Source: Minisyncoccota bacterium
Lineage (GTDB): Bacteria; Patescibacteriota; Minisyncoccia; Phycocordibacterales; JABMNX01
Direction of reading: 5' to 3'
Length of the DNA stretch: 64,000 bases
NCBI GenBank assembly: GCA_026195275.1
Contig: JAPHQU010000004.1
Span: forward strand, 3,119-67,118
Position 1 is the first letter of the stretch. Each line of letters starts with the position of its first letter. The translations under genes and the position numbers were made by a program. Shown here piece by piece: positions 26,470 through 36,588 of the stretch. The notes under the pieces are model-generated. The model searched no databases, was not told the DNA's origin, and worked only from the letters and a program-made list of their open reading frames with translations.

Positions 26470-27780
26470 ATGGCAGAACAGAACGAACAATTAATGGAGA
26501 AGATCGTCTCGCTCGCGAAGCGCCGCGGATTTGTGTTTCAGGGCTCTGAGATCTACGGTGGTCTCGCCGGCACCTGGGACTATGGGCCATACGGTGTGGC
26601 GCTCAAGAACAACATCAAACAGTTGTGGTGGCATATTTTTGTAGATAGCAGAGACGATGTGTATGGACTCGATGCGGCTATTTTGATGAACGAAAAAGTG
26701 TGGGAAGCTTCAGGGCACACTGGTGCTGGTTTCACTGACCCTCTTGCAGAATGTAGCAAGTGCAAAAAACGATTTCGCGCTGACCACTTGAAGGATGCCA
26801 ATACCTGCCCAGAGTGTGGAGGGGAAATGGGTGAAGTGCGTGAGTTCAATCTGATGTTTGAGACAAAAGTCGGAGCAGAAGGGTCGACGAAATCGTACTT
26901 GCGCCCGGAGACCGCGCAAGGCATCTTCGTTAATTTTAAGAACGTTGTTGATTCAATGAACCCAAAACTCTCCTTTGGTATCGGTCAGATCGGCAAAGCG
27001 TTTCGCAACGAGATCGCACCGCGTGATTTTATATTCCGTACGCGAGAATTTGAGCAAATGGAGGTTGAGTATTTCGTGAAAGAAGAAAACTGGGAGTCAG
27101 CGTTTGAGTTGTGGCACGGTATCATGCATGCGTATGCCGCCCTTGTGGGTATTCCCAAAGAGTATATACACGATGTAGAGGTATCCGATGAAGACCGTGC
27201 GCATTATTCAAAAAGAACAATCGACTTTGAGTTCGATTTTCCATTTGGACAAAAGGAGTTGTGGGGACTTGCATATCGTACCGACCACGACCTCTCGCAG
27301 CACATAGAGCACTCTGGTGAAAGACTCACGTATCTTGATGAGGAAAACAAAGAGAAGATAATACCGCATGTCATTGAGCCGTCACTTGGAGTTGATCGCA
27401 CTGTCCTCGCAGTTCTCACCTCGGCATACCGTGAAGATGAAGTCGGTGGAGAGGCGCGCACATACCTCGCATTCAAACCATCGGTAGCGCCGGTGAAAGC
27501 CGCCGTCTTTCCACTCCTCAAAAATAAGCCGGAGTTACAAGAGAAGGCGCGAGAGGTGTACGCCGCACTCAAGAAGGAGGTGCCACAGATCATGTTTGAT
27601 GACAACGGCAACGTCGGCAAGCGTTATCGCAGACAAGACGAGATCGGAACGCCGTATTGTATTACGATCGATTTTGATACCCTTGAGGACGACACGGTGA
27701 CGGTCCGTGACCGTGATACCGCCAAGCAGGAGCGTGTGAAGCTCAATGAGCTCGTTGGGCTCATAAAGCAGAGTCTATAG
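26470..27780 (+). CDS. glyQS: Glycyl-tRNA synthetase (alpha2 dimeric type)
   Basis: RGFVFQGSEIYGGLAGTWDYGPYG and class II motifs; 436 aa. Confidence 0.9.
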   Translation: MAEQNEQLMEKIVSLAKRRGFVFQGSEIYGGLAGTWDYGPYGVALKNNIKQLWWHIFVDSRDDVYGLDAAILMNEKVWEASGHTGAGFTDPLAECSKCKKRFRADHLKDANTCPECGGEMGEVREFNLMFETKVGAEGSTKSYLRPETAQGIFVNFKNVVDSMNPKLSFGIGQIGKAFRNEIAPRDFIFRTREFEQMEVEYFVKEENWESAFELWHGIMHAYAALVGIPKEYIHDVEVSDEDRAHYSKRTIDFEFDFPFGQKELWGLAYRTDHDLSQHIEHSGERLTYLDEENKEKIIPHVIEPSLGVDRTVLAVLTSAYREDEVGGEARTYLAFKPSVAPVKAAVFPLLKNKPELQEKAREVYAALKKEVPQIMFDDNGNVGKRYRRQDEIGTPYCITIDFDTLEDDTVTVRDRDTAKQERVKLNELVGLIKQSL

Positions 27781-27793
27781 TCAATGGTATATA

Positions 27794-27821
27794 AAATCCT
27801 TGAATTAATTCAAGGATTTTT
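27794..27821 (+). terminator. Rho-independent terminator
   Basis: AAATCCTTGAATTAATTCAAGGATTTTT. Confidence 0.7.
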
Positions 27822-27893
27822 ATAACAGCATCCTTCCGGTCGGTGGCTTGGGTCCACTTTTAACTTTCAACGTTTTACTTTACACTTAGATAT

Positions 27894-28976
27894 ATGTCAG
27901 AGAATACTCCGGAATCAAATATTGTTATCTCAACCGGCACCATGGTGCGTGCACTACTGCTCCTCATGCTTGTTGCGGGTCTCTTTTATCTCAAAGATCT
28001 CGTCCTTGTGGTGCTTACCGCAGTGGTCATTGCCTCAGCAATTGAGCCGGCAACACGGTGGTTTGTGAAATACAAATTTCCCCGTGTGGTGGCGGTGCTT
28101 ATTGTTTATCTCATATTTTTTGGGTTTCTCTTTGGTTTCTTTTACTTCTTCTTGCCGCCGGTTCTCTCTGAGCTTACCAACTTTCTGACGGTGCTTCCGG
28201 ATTACCTCCAAGAATTCAACGCCACGACGCCTGCGCTTCAGGTACAAGAAGGCGTCTCCCTTAACTCACAGAGCCCCCCCAGCACATATTCGATTGCTGA
28301 TTTCGTGCGTTATCTGCGCGAGCTTTTCTCAGATGTCTCTGAAAACTTCCTAGCCGCTGTCGCGCTCATCTTCGGTGGTGTCATGAGTTTTGTACTCATC
28401 GTGGTCTTCTCATTTTATTTTGCGATGCAGGAAACGGGAATCGATGATTTCCTCCGCGTGATCACGCCGGTAAAGTACCAGAAAAATGTCATCAGTCTCT
28501 GGCGTCGATCTCAAGTGAAGATAGGGCTCTGGATGCAGGGACAAGTGTTGCTTGCGGTTATTGTCGGTATGTTGGTCTACCTCGGACTCACGATCCTTGG
28601 TGTGAAGTACGCACTTCTTCTTGCTGTGGTTGCAGCGATCTTTGAGCTCATCCCGGTTTTTGGGCCGATTCTCTCGGCGATACCCGCAGTTGCGATTGGG
28701 TTCGTCGACGGAGGAGTGACTATTGGTCTCTTGGTTATCGGTCTTTACATCATTATTCAGCAGTTTGAGAACCACCTCATCTACCCACTTGTCGTGACCA
28801 AAGTGGTCGGTGTTCCGCCACTTCTCGTTATTATCGCGCTTCTTATTGGTGCGCAACTTGCCGGCTTTCTTGGTATCATTCTCTCGGTTCCTGTCGCGGC
28901 AGTCATCCAAGAGCTTGTTAGTGACCTTGAGAAGAGGCGCGCACGGCAATTTGAACACATGACCGGAAGCGTATAA
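27894..28976 (+). CDS. AI-2E family transporter (UPF0118/PerM-like)
   Basis: 360 aa polytopic membrane protein with an overall UPF0118 pattern. Confidence 0.7.
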   Translation: MSENTPESNIVISTGTMVRALLLLMLVAGLFYLKDLVLVVLTAVVIASAIEPATRWFVKYKFPRVVAVLIVYLIFFGFLFGFFYFFLPPVLSELTNFLTVLPDYLQEFNATTPALQVQEGVSLNSQSPPSTYSIADFVRYLRELFSDVSENFLAAVALIFGGVMSFVLIVVFSFYFAMQETGIDDFLRVITPVKYQKNVISLWRRSQVKIGLWMQGQVLLAVIVGMLVYLGLTILGVKYALLLAVVAAIFELIPVFGPILSAIPAVAIGFVDGGVTIGLLVIGLYIIIQQFENHLIYPLVVTKVVGVPPLLVIIALLIGAQLAGFLGIILSVPVAAVIQELVSDLEKRRARQFEHMTGSV

Positions 28977-28986
28977 ACCTCTGAAA

Positions 28987-30429
28987 ATGTCGACGAATCG
29001 CTACATCACCACCACGCTTCCGTATGTGAACGCAGACCCACACATTGGGTTTGCGCTTGAAATCGTACAAGCGGACACACTTGCGCGTTTCTGGCGCCAC
29101 ATGGACGATGAGGTCTTTTTCAATACCGGCACTGACGAGCATGGGCAGAAGATTGCGCAGAAGGCCGACGAAGTGGGGCAGGACCGACAAGCGTATGTCG
29201 ACCATTACGCCGGCGAGTTCAGTAAACTCAAAGAAGCGCTTGATCTTTCGTACGATAACTTTATCCGCACCACCGACGAGCACCACACTAAAGCGGCGCA
29301 GCATATCTGGAATCTGTGTGATGAAAGTGGCGATATCTATAAGAAAAAATACAAAGGACTTTACTGCGTTGGTTGTGAGTCGTTTAAGACCGAGTCTGAC
29401 CTTGTTGATGGCAAGTGTCCTGATCACCGGGTCGAGCCGCAAGAGATCGAAGAAGAGAATTATTTCTTTAAACTCTCAGCGTATCAGGAGTATCTCACTG
29501 AGTATCTCACGCGTGAGGATTCTGTAGTACCGGACTTCCGCCGCAAGGAGCTCTTGAAATTCATCGAAGATGGGCTTGAGGACCTCTCTATCTCGCGTGA
29601 GAAGTCGCGTATGGACTGGGGGATTCCCGTGCCCGGAGACGCTGAGCATGTCATGTATGTGTGGTTCGATGCACTCACCAACTACATCTCGACACTTGGT
29701 TGGCCGGAAGATGTTGGGGGGAATTTCAAAAAGTTCTGGGAGGATGGCAAGACCCTCCAAGTAGCCGGCAAAGACCAGCTTCGTTTCCAATCAATCATCT
29801 GGCAGGCGATGCTTAAGAGCGCCGGAATTAAAGCAACTGATACTGTCTTTTATCACGGCTTCATCAACAGTGGCGGGCAGAAGATGAGCAAGTCGCTCGG
29901 CAACGTTATCTCACCGTATGAGATGGTCGAGCGGTATGGCACGGATGCTGCGCGCTACATCCTCCTTCGGCATGTGCATCCGACTGATGACTCCGACCTC
30001 ACCGGGGAGAAGATGGATGAGCTCTATGAAGCGCATCTCGTTAATGGTCTGGGGAACGTGGTTGCACGGGTGATGAAGCTTGCTGAGACACATCTTGCTG
30101 AGGCTGTGCAGGTAGAGGATATTGCCGATAAACAAATTGTTAGAATGCGTCTTAATGAAGCACTATCTTCATATCAATTCAATCACGCAATTGATGAAAT
30201 CTGGAAAGACATTGCTGACCTCGACGATGACATTACTGTTCGAGAACCGTTCAAGGTGATAAAGAGTGACACGGAAATGGGTCAAAGGATCATCGAGGAA
30301 CAGGTAAAATCTTTACGCAACATCGGCCTTCTCATAAGCGCAATTATGCCGAAGACCTCAGAAAAGATTCTTGCAGCAATCAAGGAAAACAAAAAACCGG
30401 AAAATCTTTTTCCGCGCTTGGAGAAATAA
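28987..30429 (+). CDS. metG: Methionyl-tRNA synthetase, short form without the C-terminal tRNA-binding domain
   Basis: PYVNADPHIGFALE (HIGH) and QKMSKSLGN (KMSKS); 480 aa. Confidence 0.9.
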   Translation: MSTNRYITTTLPYVNADPHIGFALEIVQADTLARFWRHMDDEVFFNTGTDEHGQKIAQKADEVGQDRQAYVDHYAGEFSKLKEALDLSYDNFIRTTDEHHTKAAQHIWNLCDESGDIYKKKYKGLYCVGCESFKTESDLVDGKCPDHRVEPQEIEEENYFFKLSAYQEYLTEYLTREDSVVPDFRRKELLKFIEDGLEDLSISREKSRMDWGIPVPGDAEHVMYVWFDALTNYISTLGWPEDVGGNFKKFWEDGKTLQVAGKDQLRFQSIIWQAMLKSAGIKATDTVFYHGFINSGGQKMSKSLGNVISPYEMVERYGTDAARYILLRHVHPTDDSDLTGEKMDELYEAHLVNGLGNVVARVMKLAETHLAEAVQVEDIADKQIVRMRLNEALSSYQFNHAIDEIWKDIADLDDDITVREPFKVIKSDTEMGQRIIEEQVKSLRNIGLLISAIMPKTSEKILAAIKENKKPENLFPRLEK

Positions 30430-30470
30430 TTTCCCTAACATCTAATCACCTAAAACCTAACACCTAGGCA

Positions 30471-31250
30471 ATGCCAGAATATTTCGACTTTCATTCACAT
30501 ATTCATTTTCCAAAGTTCGCTCAAGATCTCGACGAGGTTTTTGCGCGTATGCAAGAGTTCGGGGTGTGGACGACGGTTGTTGGGACGGATCTTGAACAAT
30601 CAAAACGAGCGGTTGAGTTTGCGCGAGCGCACGACGGTGTGTTCGCAACTGTTGGGCTCCACCCGGCAGACAACACGAAAGAGTCTTTTGATCCCGCAGA
30701 CTACAATGAGTTGGTCGCTGACCCTAAGGTGGTGATGGTTGGGGAGTGCGGGCTCGATTATTTCCATGTAAAAGATCCGGACGAGCAGAAGCGTCAACGA
30801 GCGGAGTTTGAAAGGCAGATTGATTTTGCGGTTTTGCACAAGAAGCCACTGATGCTCCATATCCGCAATGCGCACGATGACGGGCTTGATATTCTCACCT
30901 CAAAGAAGCGCGAATATGGTGACCGGCTTCAAGGAAACGCACACTTCTTCACCGAAGGCGCCGAGGTCGCAAAACGTTACTACGAAATCGATTTCACAAC
31001 GTCGTTCCCCGGAGTTATCACTTTCACGCGTGATTATGACGATACGGTGCGCTATGCTCCGGCGGATATGATCCACGCAGAGACCGACTCACCATACGCA
31101 GCCCCCATCCCATATCGGGGGAAGCGCAATGAGCCGGCGTTCGTGGTTGAGGTGGTGAAAAAGATGGCAGAGCTTCGTGGAGAGGATGTCGAAGTGCTGA
31201 AAAAGCAGCTCATCGAGAACGCACGACGCTTCGTGCCGCTACACAGCTAG
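30471..31250 (+). CDS. TatD family metal-dependent hydrolase (DNase)
   Basis: FDFHSHIHFP N-terminal motif and TIM-barrel hydrolase length. Confidence 0.8.
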   Translation: MPEYFDFHSHIHFPKFAQDLDEVFARMQEFGVWTTVVGTDLEQSKRAVEFARAHDGVFATVGLHPADNTKESFDPADYNELVADPKVVMVGECGLDYFHVKDPDEQKRQRAEFERQIDFAVLHKKPLMLHIRNAHDDGLDILTSKKREYGDRLQGNAHFFTEGAEVAKRYYEIDFTTSFPGVITFTRDYDDTVRYAPADMIHAETDSPYAAPIPYRGKRNEPAFVVEVVKKMAELRGEDVEVLKKQLIENARRFVPLHS

Positions 31251-31295
31251 GTATTCTTGCGGCAAATAGCCGGGTATGGTAAGCTAGCGCAACAT

Positions 31296-31850
31296 ATGGA
31301 AGATACACAAAACGCTGTAGATACGGCGAAAACAATGGAAGAAACCACGTTCGACGACGATCTCGCACAAGATGCGGAGTCGCGTATCTACGAGCTTGGC
31401 TATCATCTCGTCCCTGCGCTTTCTGAAGACGAGGCACCAGTTGAGGCAGCCGCTCTCAAAGAACTTGTCACCAAAGCGGGCGGTACAGTCATCGAGGATG
31501 AGGCACCGCAACATATCTCGCTTGCGTACACAATGTTCCGCACCGAGAGTGGAAAGAAGACGAAATTTGATACAGCTCACTTCTGTAGTGTTAAGTTTGA
31601 GATCGACCCGGCACAAATCACCACGATCCAAGAGGGGCTTGATGAGAACAAGAACGTGCTTCGTTACATTATCTATAAGACGGTTCGCGAGAATACACGC
31701 TCAGAATACCGCTTCCCACAGAAGACTGACCGCAAGGCCGAGCAGAAGCCGGTAGCAGAAGAGAAAGCCTCAGAGAAGCCGCAAGAAGAGAATGAGCCGG
31801 TTTCAGAAGAGGCGCTCGATAAGAGCATCAACGAGCTTGTGGTAGAATAA
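31296..31850 (+). CDS. rpsF: Ribosomal protein S6 with N- and C-terminal extensions
   Basis: RIYELGYHLVPALSEDE...GTVIEDEAPQHISLAYTMF...NVLRYIIYKTV follows the S6 pattern. The C-terminal tail is acidic. Confidence 0.7.
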   Translation: MEDTQNAVDTAKTMEETTFDDDLAQDAESRIYELGYHLVPALSEDEAPVEAAALKELVTKAGGTVIEDEAPQHISLAYTMFRTESGKKTKFDTAHFCSVKFEIDPAQITTIQEGLDENKNVLRYIIYKTVRENTRSEYRFPQKTDRKAEQKPVAEEKASEKPQEENEPVSEEALDKSINELVVE

Positions 31851-31854
31851 ACGT

Positions 31855-32292
31855 ATGTATATCAACAAGGCATTCATCTACGGAAACCTTACACGCGACC
31901 CTGAGTTGCGCTCACTCCCATCAGGTATTCAGGTGGCAAACTTCAGTGTTGCGACCAATCGTGTCTGGAAAGATAAAGATGGTCAGAAGCAGGAGAGTTC
32001 TGAGTTCCATAACGTCGTTGTCTTCGGGCGCCAGGCAGAGACCTCAGCACAGTACCTTAAAAAAGGGAACGGCGTCTTCATCGAAGGACGACTTCAGACA
32101 CGTAGTTGGGAGCAGGACGGACAGAAGAAGTACCGCACCGAGATTATAGCTGATCGCGTACAGTTTGGTCCGCGAGGTGCAGGTGCAGGAAGCACGACTT
32201 CCAACGAGGACACCGGAGGGCAGCAAGCGCCATCGGGAGATGCGATCAACTACCCGGATGAAGACATTAACCCGGACGACATCCCATTTTAA
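31855..32292 (+). CDS. ssb: Single-stranded DNA-binding protein
   Basis: OB-fold NKAFIYGNLTRDPELR...; C-terminal acidic tip DDIPF. Confidence 0.9.
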   Translation: MYINKAFIYGNLTRDPELRSLPSGIQVANFSVATNRVWKDKDGQKQESSEFHNVVVFGRQAETSAQYLKKGNGVFIEGRLQTRSWEQDGQKKYRTEIIADRVQFGPRGAGAGSTTSNEDTGGQQAPSGDAINYPDEDINPDDIPF

Positions 32293-32305
32293 TTAGAGAA
32301 TTATC

Positions 32306-32518
32306 ATGCAAAACACTCATAACGTAGACTTCTACTCAGCGCACAACATCAAGTATGTTGATTATCGTGACACGGATATTCTTAAGCAGTTCCTCAACCC
32401 GCACGGGCGCATCCTCTCGCGAAAGAAGACCGGCTTAAATGCAAAACACCAGCGTCAGATGGAGGAGGCAGTAAAGCGCGCGCGCTTTATGGGACTTCTC
32501 CCATTCGTAGCGAAATAA
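32306..32518 (+). CDS. rpsR: Ribosomal protein S18
   Basis: DYRDTDILKQFLNPHGRILSRKKTGLNAKHQRQMEEAVKRARFMGLLPF. Confidence 0.9.
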   Translation: MQNTHNVDFYSAHNIKYVDYRDTDILKQFLNPHGRILSRKKTGLNAKHQRQMEEAVKRARFMGLLPFVAK

Positions 32519-32522
32519 TCAG

Positions 32523-32575
32523 TACAAGGGCGACCCTTGTACAAAAACGCCAACCTCAGGTTGGCGTTTATTTCT
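32523..32575 (+). terminator. Tandem hairpin terminator after rpsR
   Basis: GTACAAGGGCGACCCTTGTAC and AAACGCCAACCTCAGGTTGGCGTTT, followed by TTTCTT. Confidence 0.7.
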
Positions 32576-32611
32576 TATCCAAGAGTCTGAAATTTAATAA
32601 CTAAAGGCTAT

Positions 32612-33181
32612 TTATGCCTTCTCCACTCGCTCGGCATATTCGCCAGTTTCGGTATTGACACGGATGATATCACCCTCGTTGACGAAAAGAGGAGTAGTGA
32701 TCTGGGTACCTGTCTCAATGACGACGGTCTTGGTCGCGCCTTGAGCGGTGTTGCCACGCACCGCTGGTGCCGCTTCAGTCACCTTAAAATCCATCTTGAT
32801 CGGAGTTGTGATGCCGATGATCTCGTCTTCAAAAGAAAGACCCTCGACTTCTCCATTCTCTTTCATGAACTTTACTTTCTCTCCAATGAGCTCCTCGGGG
32901 AGCATAAAGCGATCTTTTGGATTCTCTGGGTCACAAAACCAAAACTCTCCTTTGTTGGTGTAGATATACCTAATCGTGCGTTTCTTAAGGTCGGCTTCTT
33001 CAACCTTGTCAGACTGGTGGAAGGCTTGGTCAACGACCCGACCTGAGATAAGGTTCTTGAGCTTGGTCTGATTGACCGGCTTCTGACGGTTCTTCTTGGC
33101 AGTATTTGAGGCGAGCACCTCGTAGGGTTCACCTTCAAACACAATGTATTTCTTCGGGGTAATCTCGTTATAGTGCAGCAT
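32612..33181 (-). CDS. efp: Elongation factor P
   Basis: 189 aa; KNLISGRVVD...GEKVKFMKENGEV...VETGTQITTPLFVNEGDIIRVNTETGEY matches the three EF-P domains. Confidence 0.9.
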   Translation of the reverse strand: MLHYNEITPKKYIVFEGEPYEVLASNTAKKNRQKPVNQTKLKNLISGRVVDQAFHQSDKVEEADLKKRTIRYIYTNKGEFWFCDPENPKDRFMLPEELIGEKVKFMKENGEVEGLSFEDEIIGITTPIKMDFKVTEAAPAVRGNTAQGATKTVVIETGTQITTPLFVNEGDIIRVNTETGEYAERVEKA

Positions 33182-33226
33182 AGTGTGGCTATTGTACGCG
33201 TAACTTATAAAGAGTTCAAGGAAAAG

Positions 33227-33254
33227 AAAAAGCCGTCCCTACGGGGACGGCTTA
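33227..33254. terminator. Bidirectional terminator between convergent efp and the downstream gene
   Basis: AAGCCGTCCCTACGGGGACGGCTT flanked by A/T runs. Confidence 0.6.
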
Positions 33255-33276
33255 TATTGCGAGATGATGTAGTGAG

Positions 33277-33924
33277 CTACTCAACCGCAAAGATGAATCT
33301 CGAGTCGAGTTCCAGATTCGCTTTCAAGCCGGGACCGGCGTGAAGCCAGTGGTACATCTCTCTGTTCTTTTCGTCTGCACCATTTGCGAAAGCTAGGAAG
33401 AAAGGCTCTTTGGTACCATTTTTGTCGGGCAGTGGATCCATGGCGATATGGTAACCTCCGTCTTCCAGTCCTCCTTGTATCCAGAGACGAGGCCCGACTT
33501 CCGGGTGGCAGAGGCGGCAGCCGCGCTCGATTCCTCGTTGACACACCTCGGGGTATGTCGGTTTTTCCTTAAAGCCGAGCTCGGCGATCGTGTGCCCCAC
33601 AAGTCTCACTGGCACACTCTCAGATAAACTGCCGATCTCTGGACACCCTTCGAACATGTCTCTTGCCCAAGCCTTGGTGCGCGCTTTCTTGAGCTTATGG
33701 AGCATTTCTTTCTTCGGCATGCCACCAATCTCGATGACAAGCGACCGCCAGCTTAATTGGCCGACTTCACTGAGAATATCCCGAATCCTTGGGGTGATCA
33801 TCTTCTTGTTCTCGATGATCCTCTGTGCACCTTCGCGAGTAAGGTCGGGGATCGCACCGGTGAGGGTCGCGATAATGTCGAGTAGTTGCCCTTGTGACGG
33901 ATGTTGGACTGTCTCACGTGTCAT
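33277..33924 (-). CDS. Hypothetical protein (Cys-containing, no recognisable family)
   Basis: 216 aa from MTRETVQHPSQ...; contains CQRGIERGCRLCHPE. No motif recognised. Confidence 0.4.
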   Translation of the reverse strand: MTRETVQHPSQGQLLDIIATLTGAIPDLTREGAQRIIENKKMITPRIRDILSEVGQLSWRSLVIEIGGMPKKEMLHKLKKARTKAWARDMFEGCPEIGSLSESVPVRLVGHTIAELGFKEKPTYPEVCQRGIERGCRLCHPEVGPRLWIQGGLEDGGYHIAMDPLPDKNGTKEPFFLAFANGADEKNREMYHWLHAGPGLKANLELDSRFIFAVE

Positions 33925-34135
33925 GAGCTGTTCCTTTCGTCTTCGGTTGGTTAGGTACAGGACGTCTAGCGACGCTTGTTTCCGAGTACTGTATAGCATA
34001 CTGCTTTAACATTGTCACACGAGAGTGTCGTAACTTCGCCTATATTCAAGGGGTTGCAATACATACGGAGGCCGATATAGTAAAGGAAATAGCGAGGGGC
34101 GGACTCATGTGCCGTTCCTGTGGCCTGCCATAAAT

Positions 34136-34732
34136 ATGGGATTACTCGATAAAGATAAAGCGCTGAATATCGCGGACATACACGAGAAGAGCGATGAAGA
34201 GGTTCTCGCGCTCTCAGTTCGCAGACCGGAGGCATTCAAGGTGCTCCTTGAGCGTTACCAAGCGCCATTCCTCAGAAAGGCGCTCTCGATTCTGCGTAAC
34301 AAGGAAGATGCCGAGGAGGTGGTGCAAGAAGCCTTCAGTAAGATCTACCTCTACGCTGATCGCTTTGAGGTCCAAGCAGGGGCGTCATTCTCTTCGTGGG
34401 GGTACCGTATCCTCATGAACACCGCATTCACTCGCTACCAGAAGCTCAAGAAAGAGTGGGCGCGCACGCAGAAGCTCGACCCGGAGGTGTACGAGCGCTT
34501 ACCGGACACTGCGGCACTCCAGTTTGAGAAGCTTGAGCTCTCAGACTATATTGTCTCAGTGCTCGAGCAGATGCCGGAGCACCTTGCGCGTATTCTCACG
34601 CGCCACTTCATCGACGGGCGACCACATAAAGAGATCGCTGAAGAAGAGGGGATCAGTGTCGGCGCGGTAAAAACACGGGTGCATCGCGCCAAGGAAGCCT
34701 TTCGCAAGCATGTGAACCTTTATCAATTTTAG
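34136..34732 (+). CDS. RNA polymerase sigma factor, sigma-70 family (ECF-like)
   Basis: Region 2 (EEVVQEAFSKIYLYADRF...FSSWGYRILMNTAF) and region 4 HTH (HKEIAEEEGISVGAVKTRVHRAKE). Confidence 0.8.
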   Translation: MGLLDKDKALNIADIHEKSDEEVLALSVRRPEAFKVLLERYQAPFLRKALSILRNKEDAEEVVQEAFSKIYLYADRFEVQAGASFSSWGYRILMNTAFTRYQKLKKEWARTQKLDPEVYERLPDTAALQFEKLELSDYIVSVLEQMPEHLARILTRHFIDGRPHKEIAEEEGISVGAVKTRVHRAKEAFRKHVNLYQF

Positions 34733-34747
34733 GGAGTTATACAAAAT

Positions 34748-35074
34748 ATGAAAACATTTGAACAAAAAATCATGGCCCGTGTCCGAAGAATCTACTACCT
34801 CAAGAAAGTAGTGAACCCACTCATGCTCAAGCTCTACGGAGTAGGGGTGCTCTCAATTGGTGTTGTGTCACTCGTCTCAGTAAGGAACGTGTTCATGAAT
34901 ATGCCGGCACTCACAGACGTTGGGAGCATGTATAACTTCACCACAACCGCACTGATGCACACTGAGGTCACCGTACAGTTTGTTTTTGGCACTCTCATTG
35001 TACTCGCAGTACTTATTGTCCGCGACGCGGCAAGGAATTTCTCACACGGAGCACGGCATCTTGCGGTAGAGTAG
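34748..35074 (+). CDS. Small membrane protein immediately downstream of the sigma factor (possible anti-sigma factor)
   Basis: 108 aa with two TM helices. Only a 15-nt gap from the sigma factor gene. Confidence 0.4.
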   Translation: MKTFEQKIMARVRRIYYLKKVVNPLMLKLYGVGVLSIGVVSLVSVRNVFMNMPALTDVGSMYNFTTTALMHTEVTVQFVFGTLIVLAVLIVRDAARNFSHGARHLAVE

Positions 35075-35137
35075 GTAAATCAAATCTTGTGATTCAATCG
35101 CCAAATTGGATCTAGACGCCACATCAGACAGGGTTCT

Positions 35138-35170
35138 AAAAAAGACTTGATTCGCTAGAATCAAGTCTTT
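35138..35170. terminator. Bidirectional terminator (also serves convergent recA)
   Basis: AAAAGACTTGATTCGCTAGAATCAAGTCTTTT. Confidence 0.65.
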
Positions 35171-35186
35171 TCTTAAGATCCAATCT

Positions 35187-36206
35187 CTACACAAGACGCT
35201 TCTTAATGTCTTTGAGAATCGCATTAGCCAACTTCTTTTCTTCTTTGAGTTTGGTGCGCACTGCGTCATATCCGCGGCCGAGCTTCTCCTCCTTCTCTTC
35301 ATCGCCGTCGGGGAGGTAGGAGTATGACGCGCCGGATTTCTTAATGATACCGAGTTTCTCGCCGAGGGCGAGTATCTCACCTTCTTTCGAGATACCCTCA
35401 TTGTACATGAGATCGAATTCGCTTGTTTTAAATGGTGCGGCGACTTTGTTCTTGACCACCTTCACACGGTGTCGGCCACCCATGACTTCGTCGTTCTTCT
35501 TGATCTGTGCGATGCGGCGGATGTCGAGGCGCACCGAGGTGTAGAACTTAAGCGCCTTGCCGCCCGGGGTGGTCTCGGGGTTGCCGAACATGACACCGAT
35601 CTGCATGCGAATCTGGTTGATGAAGATAACCACCGTCTTTGATTTTGCGGTGATCGCGGTGAGCTTGCGGAGCGCTTGGCTCATGAGGCGTGCTTGCTTA
35701 CCAACATGGTGCGCGCCCATGTCTCCCTCGATTTCGTCTTTGGGGGTGAGTGCGGCGACTGAATCGATAACAATAACGTCGATCTTGCCTGAGCGCACCA
35801 GACTCTCAGTAATCTCAAGCGCCTGCTCACCGGTGTCTGGTTGGGAAATAAGTAGGTCTTCAATCTTCACGCCGATCTTCTTTGCATACTCGGGGTCGAG
35901 CGCGTGCTCCGCGTCAATGAACGCACAGATACCACCTGCTTTCTGTGCCTCGGCAATCGCGTGGAGTGAGAGAGTGGTTTTTCCGGATGATTCCGGGCCA
36001 AATATCTCAATAATACGACCGCGGGGGAGTCCGCCGATGCCGAGCGCCCAGTCAACACCAATAGAGCCAGTCGGAATAGCATCAACGCCGACCTTGGGGC
36101 GGTCGCCGAGTTTCATGATTGCTTCGTCGCCGAACTTCGTCTTGATCTCGTTGATTGCGTCGTCTACCGAGTTAAGATCTTTCTTCACTGTTTTCTTGGT
36201 CGCCAT
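35187..36206 (-). CDS. recA: Recombinase RecA
   Basis: [13 protein letters not shown] (Walker A), the KALKFY region, and overall RecA identity over 339 aa. Confidence 0.95.
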   Translation of the reverse strand: MATKKTVKKDLNSVDDAINEIKTKFGDEAIMKLGDRPKVGVDAIPTGSIGVDWALGIGGLPRGRIIEIFGPESSGKTTLSLHAIAEAQKAGGICAFIDAEHALDPEYAKKIGVKIEDLLISQPDTGEQALEITESLVRSGKIDVIVIDSVAALTPKDEIEGDMGAHHVGKQARLMSQALRKLTAITAKSKTVVIFINQIRMQIGVMFGNPETTPGGKALKFYTSVRLDIRRIAQIKKNDEVMGGRHRVKVVKNKVAAPFKTSEFDLMYNEGISKEGEILALGEKLGIIKKSGASYSYLPDGDEEKEEKLGRGYDAVRTKLKEEKKLANAILKDIKKRLV

Positions 36207-36567
36207 TATGTATATCGCTAGGTGTATAAATGAGTTCGAGTGTTTTTTCGGTTGTTCGGCCGAATTTATCCTCTGCGTATAGAGTAATTATATTATAGCC
36301 GGGGGAGAGGAGCAATTTCTCGCTAAAAGTGTTTTCCTCGTCAATAGTAATCGGACGGTTATTGATACTGATCTTTGCGATGTTCTGTGCACTCCCTGAT
36401 ATGTTCGTGATTGCGTTTAGTAAGGTAGCGCCATTTTGTGGGGTATCTACAGTGACTACCGGCCCGGTGATCACGTTTTGCATCTGAAAGAGTGTATAGC
36501 TGACAACAACACACAACAGCACGATAAACGCCAAGGTTTTTATGTTTGCTCGACGGAAATATGACAT
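36172..36567 (-). CDS. Small secreted/membrane-anchored protein; 3' end overlaps recA start by 35 nt
   Basis: N-terminal TM/signal sequence, then a ~100 aa beta-rich domain. ORF-track stop at 36172. Confidence 0.35.
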   Translation of the reverse strand: MSYFRRANIKTLAFIVLLCVVVSYTLFQMQNVITGPVVTVDTPQNGATLLNAITNISGSAQNIAKISINNRPITIDEENTFSEKLLLSPGYNIITLYAEDKFGRTTEKTLELIYTPSDIHNGDQENSEERS

Positions 36568-36588
36568 GGTGCTGCTGTGGTGTTAGTG

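Noticed and set aside
35100-35190. Short inverted repeat TTGGATCT...AGATCCAA flanking the terminator between the anti-sigma candidate and recA
   Set aside because: It is only 8 bp and probably extends the bidirectional terminator stem. It is not convincing as a separate regulatory element.
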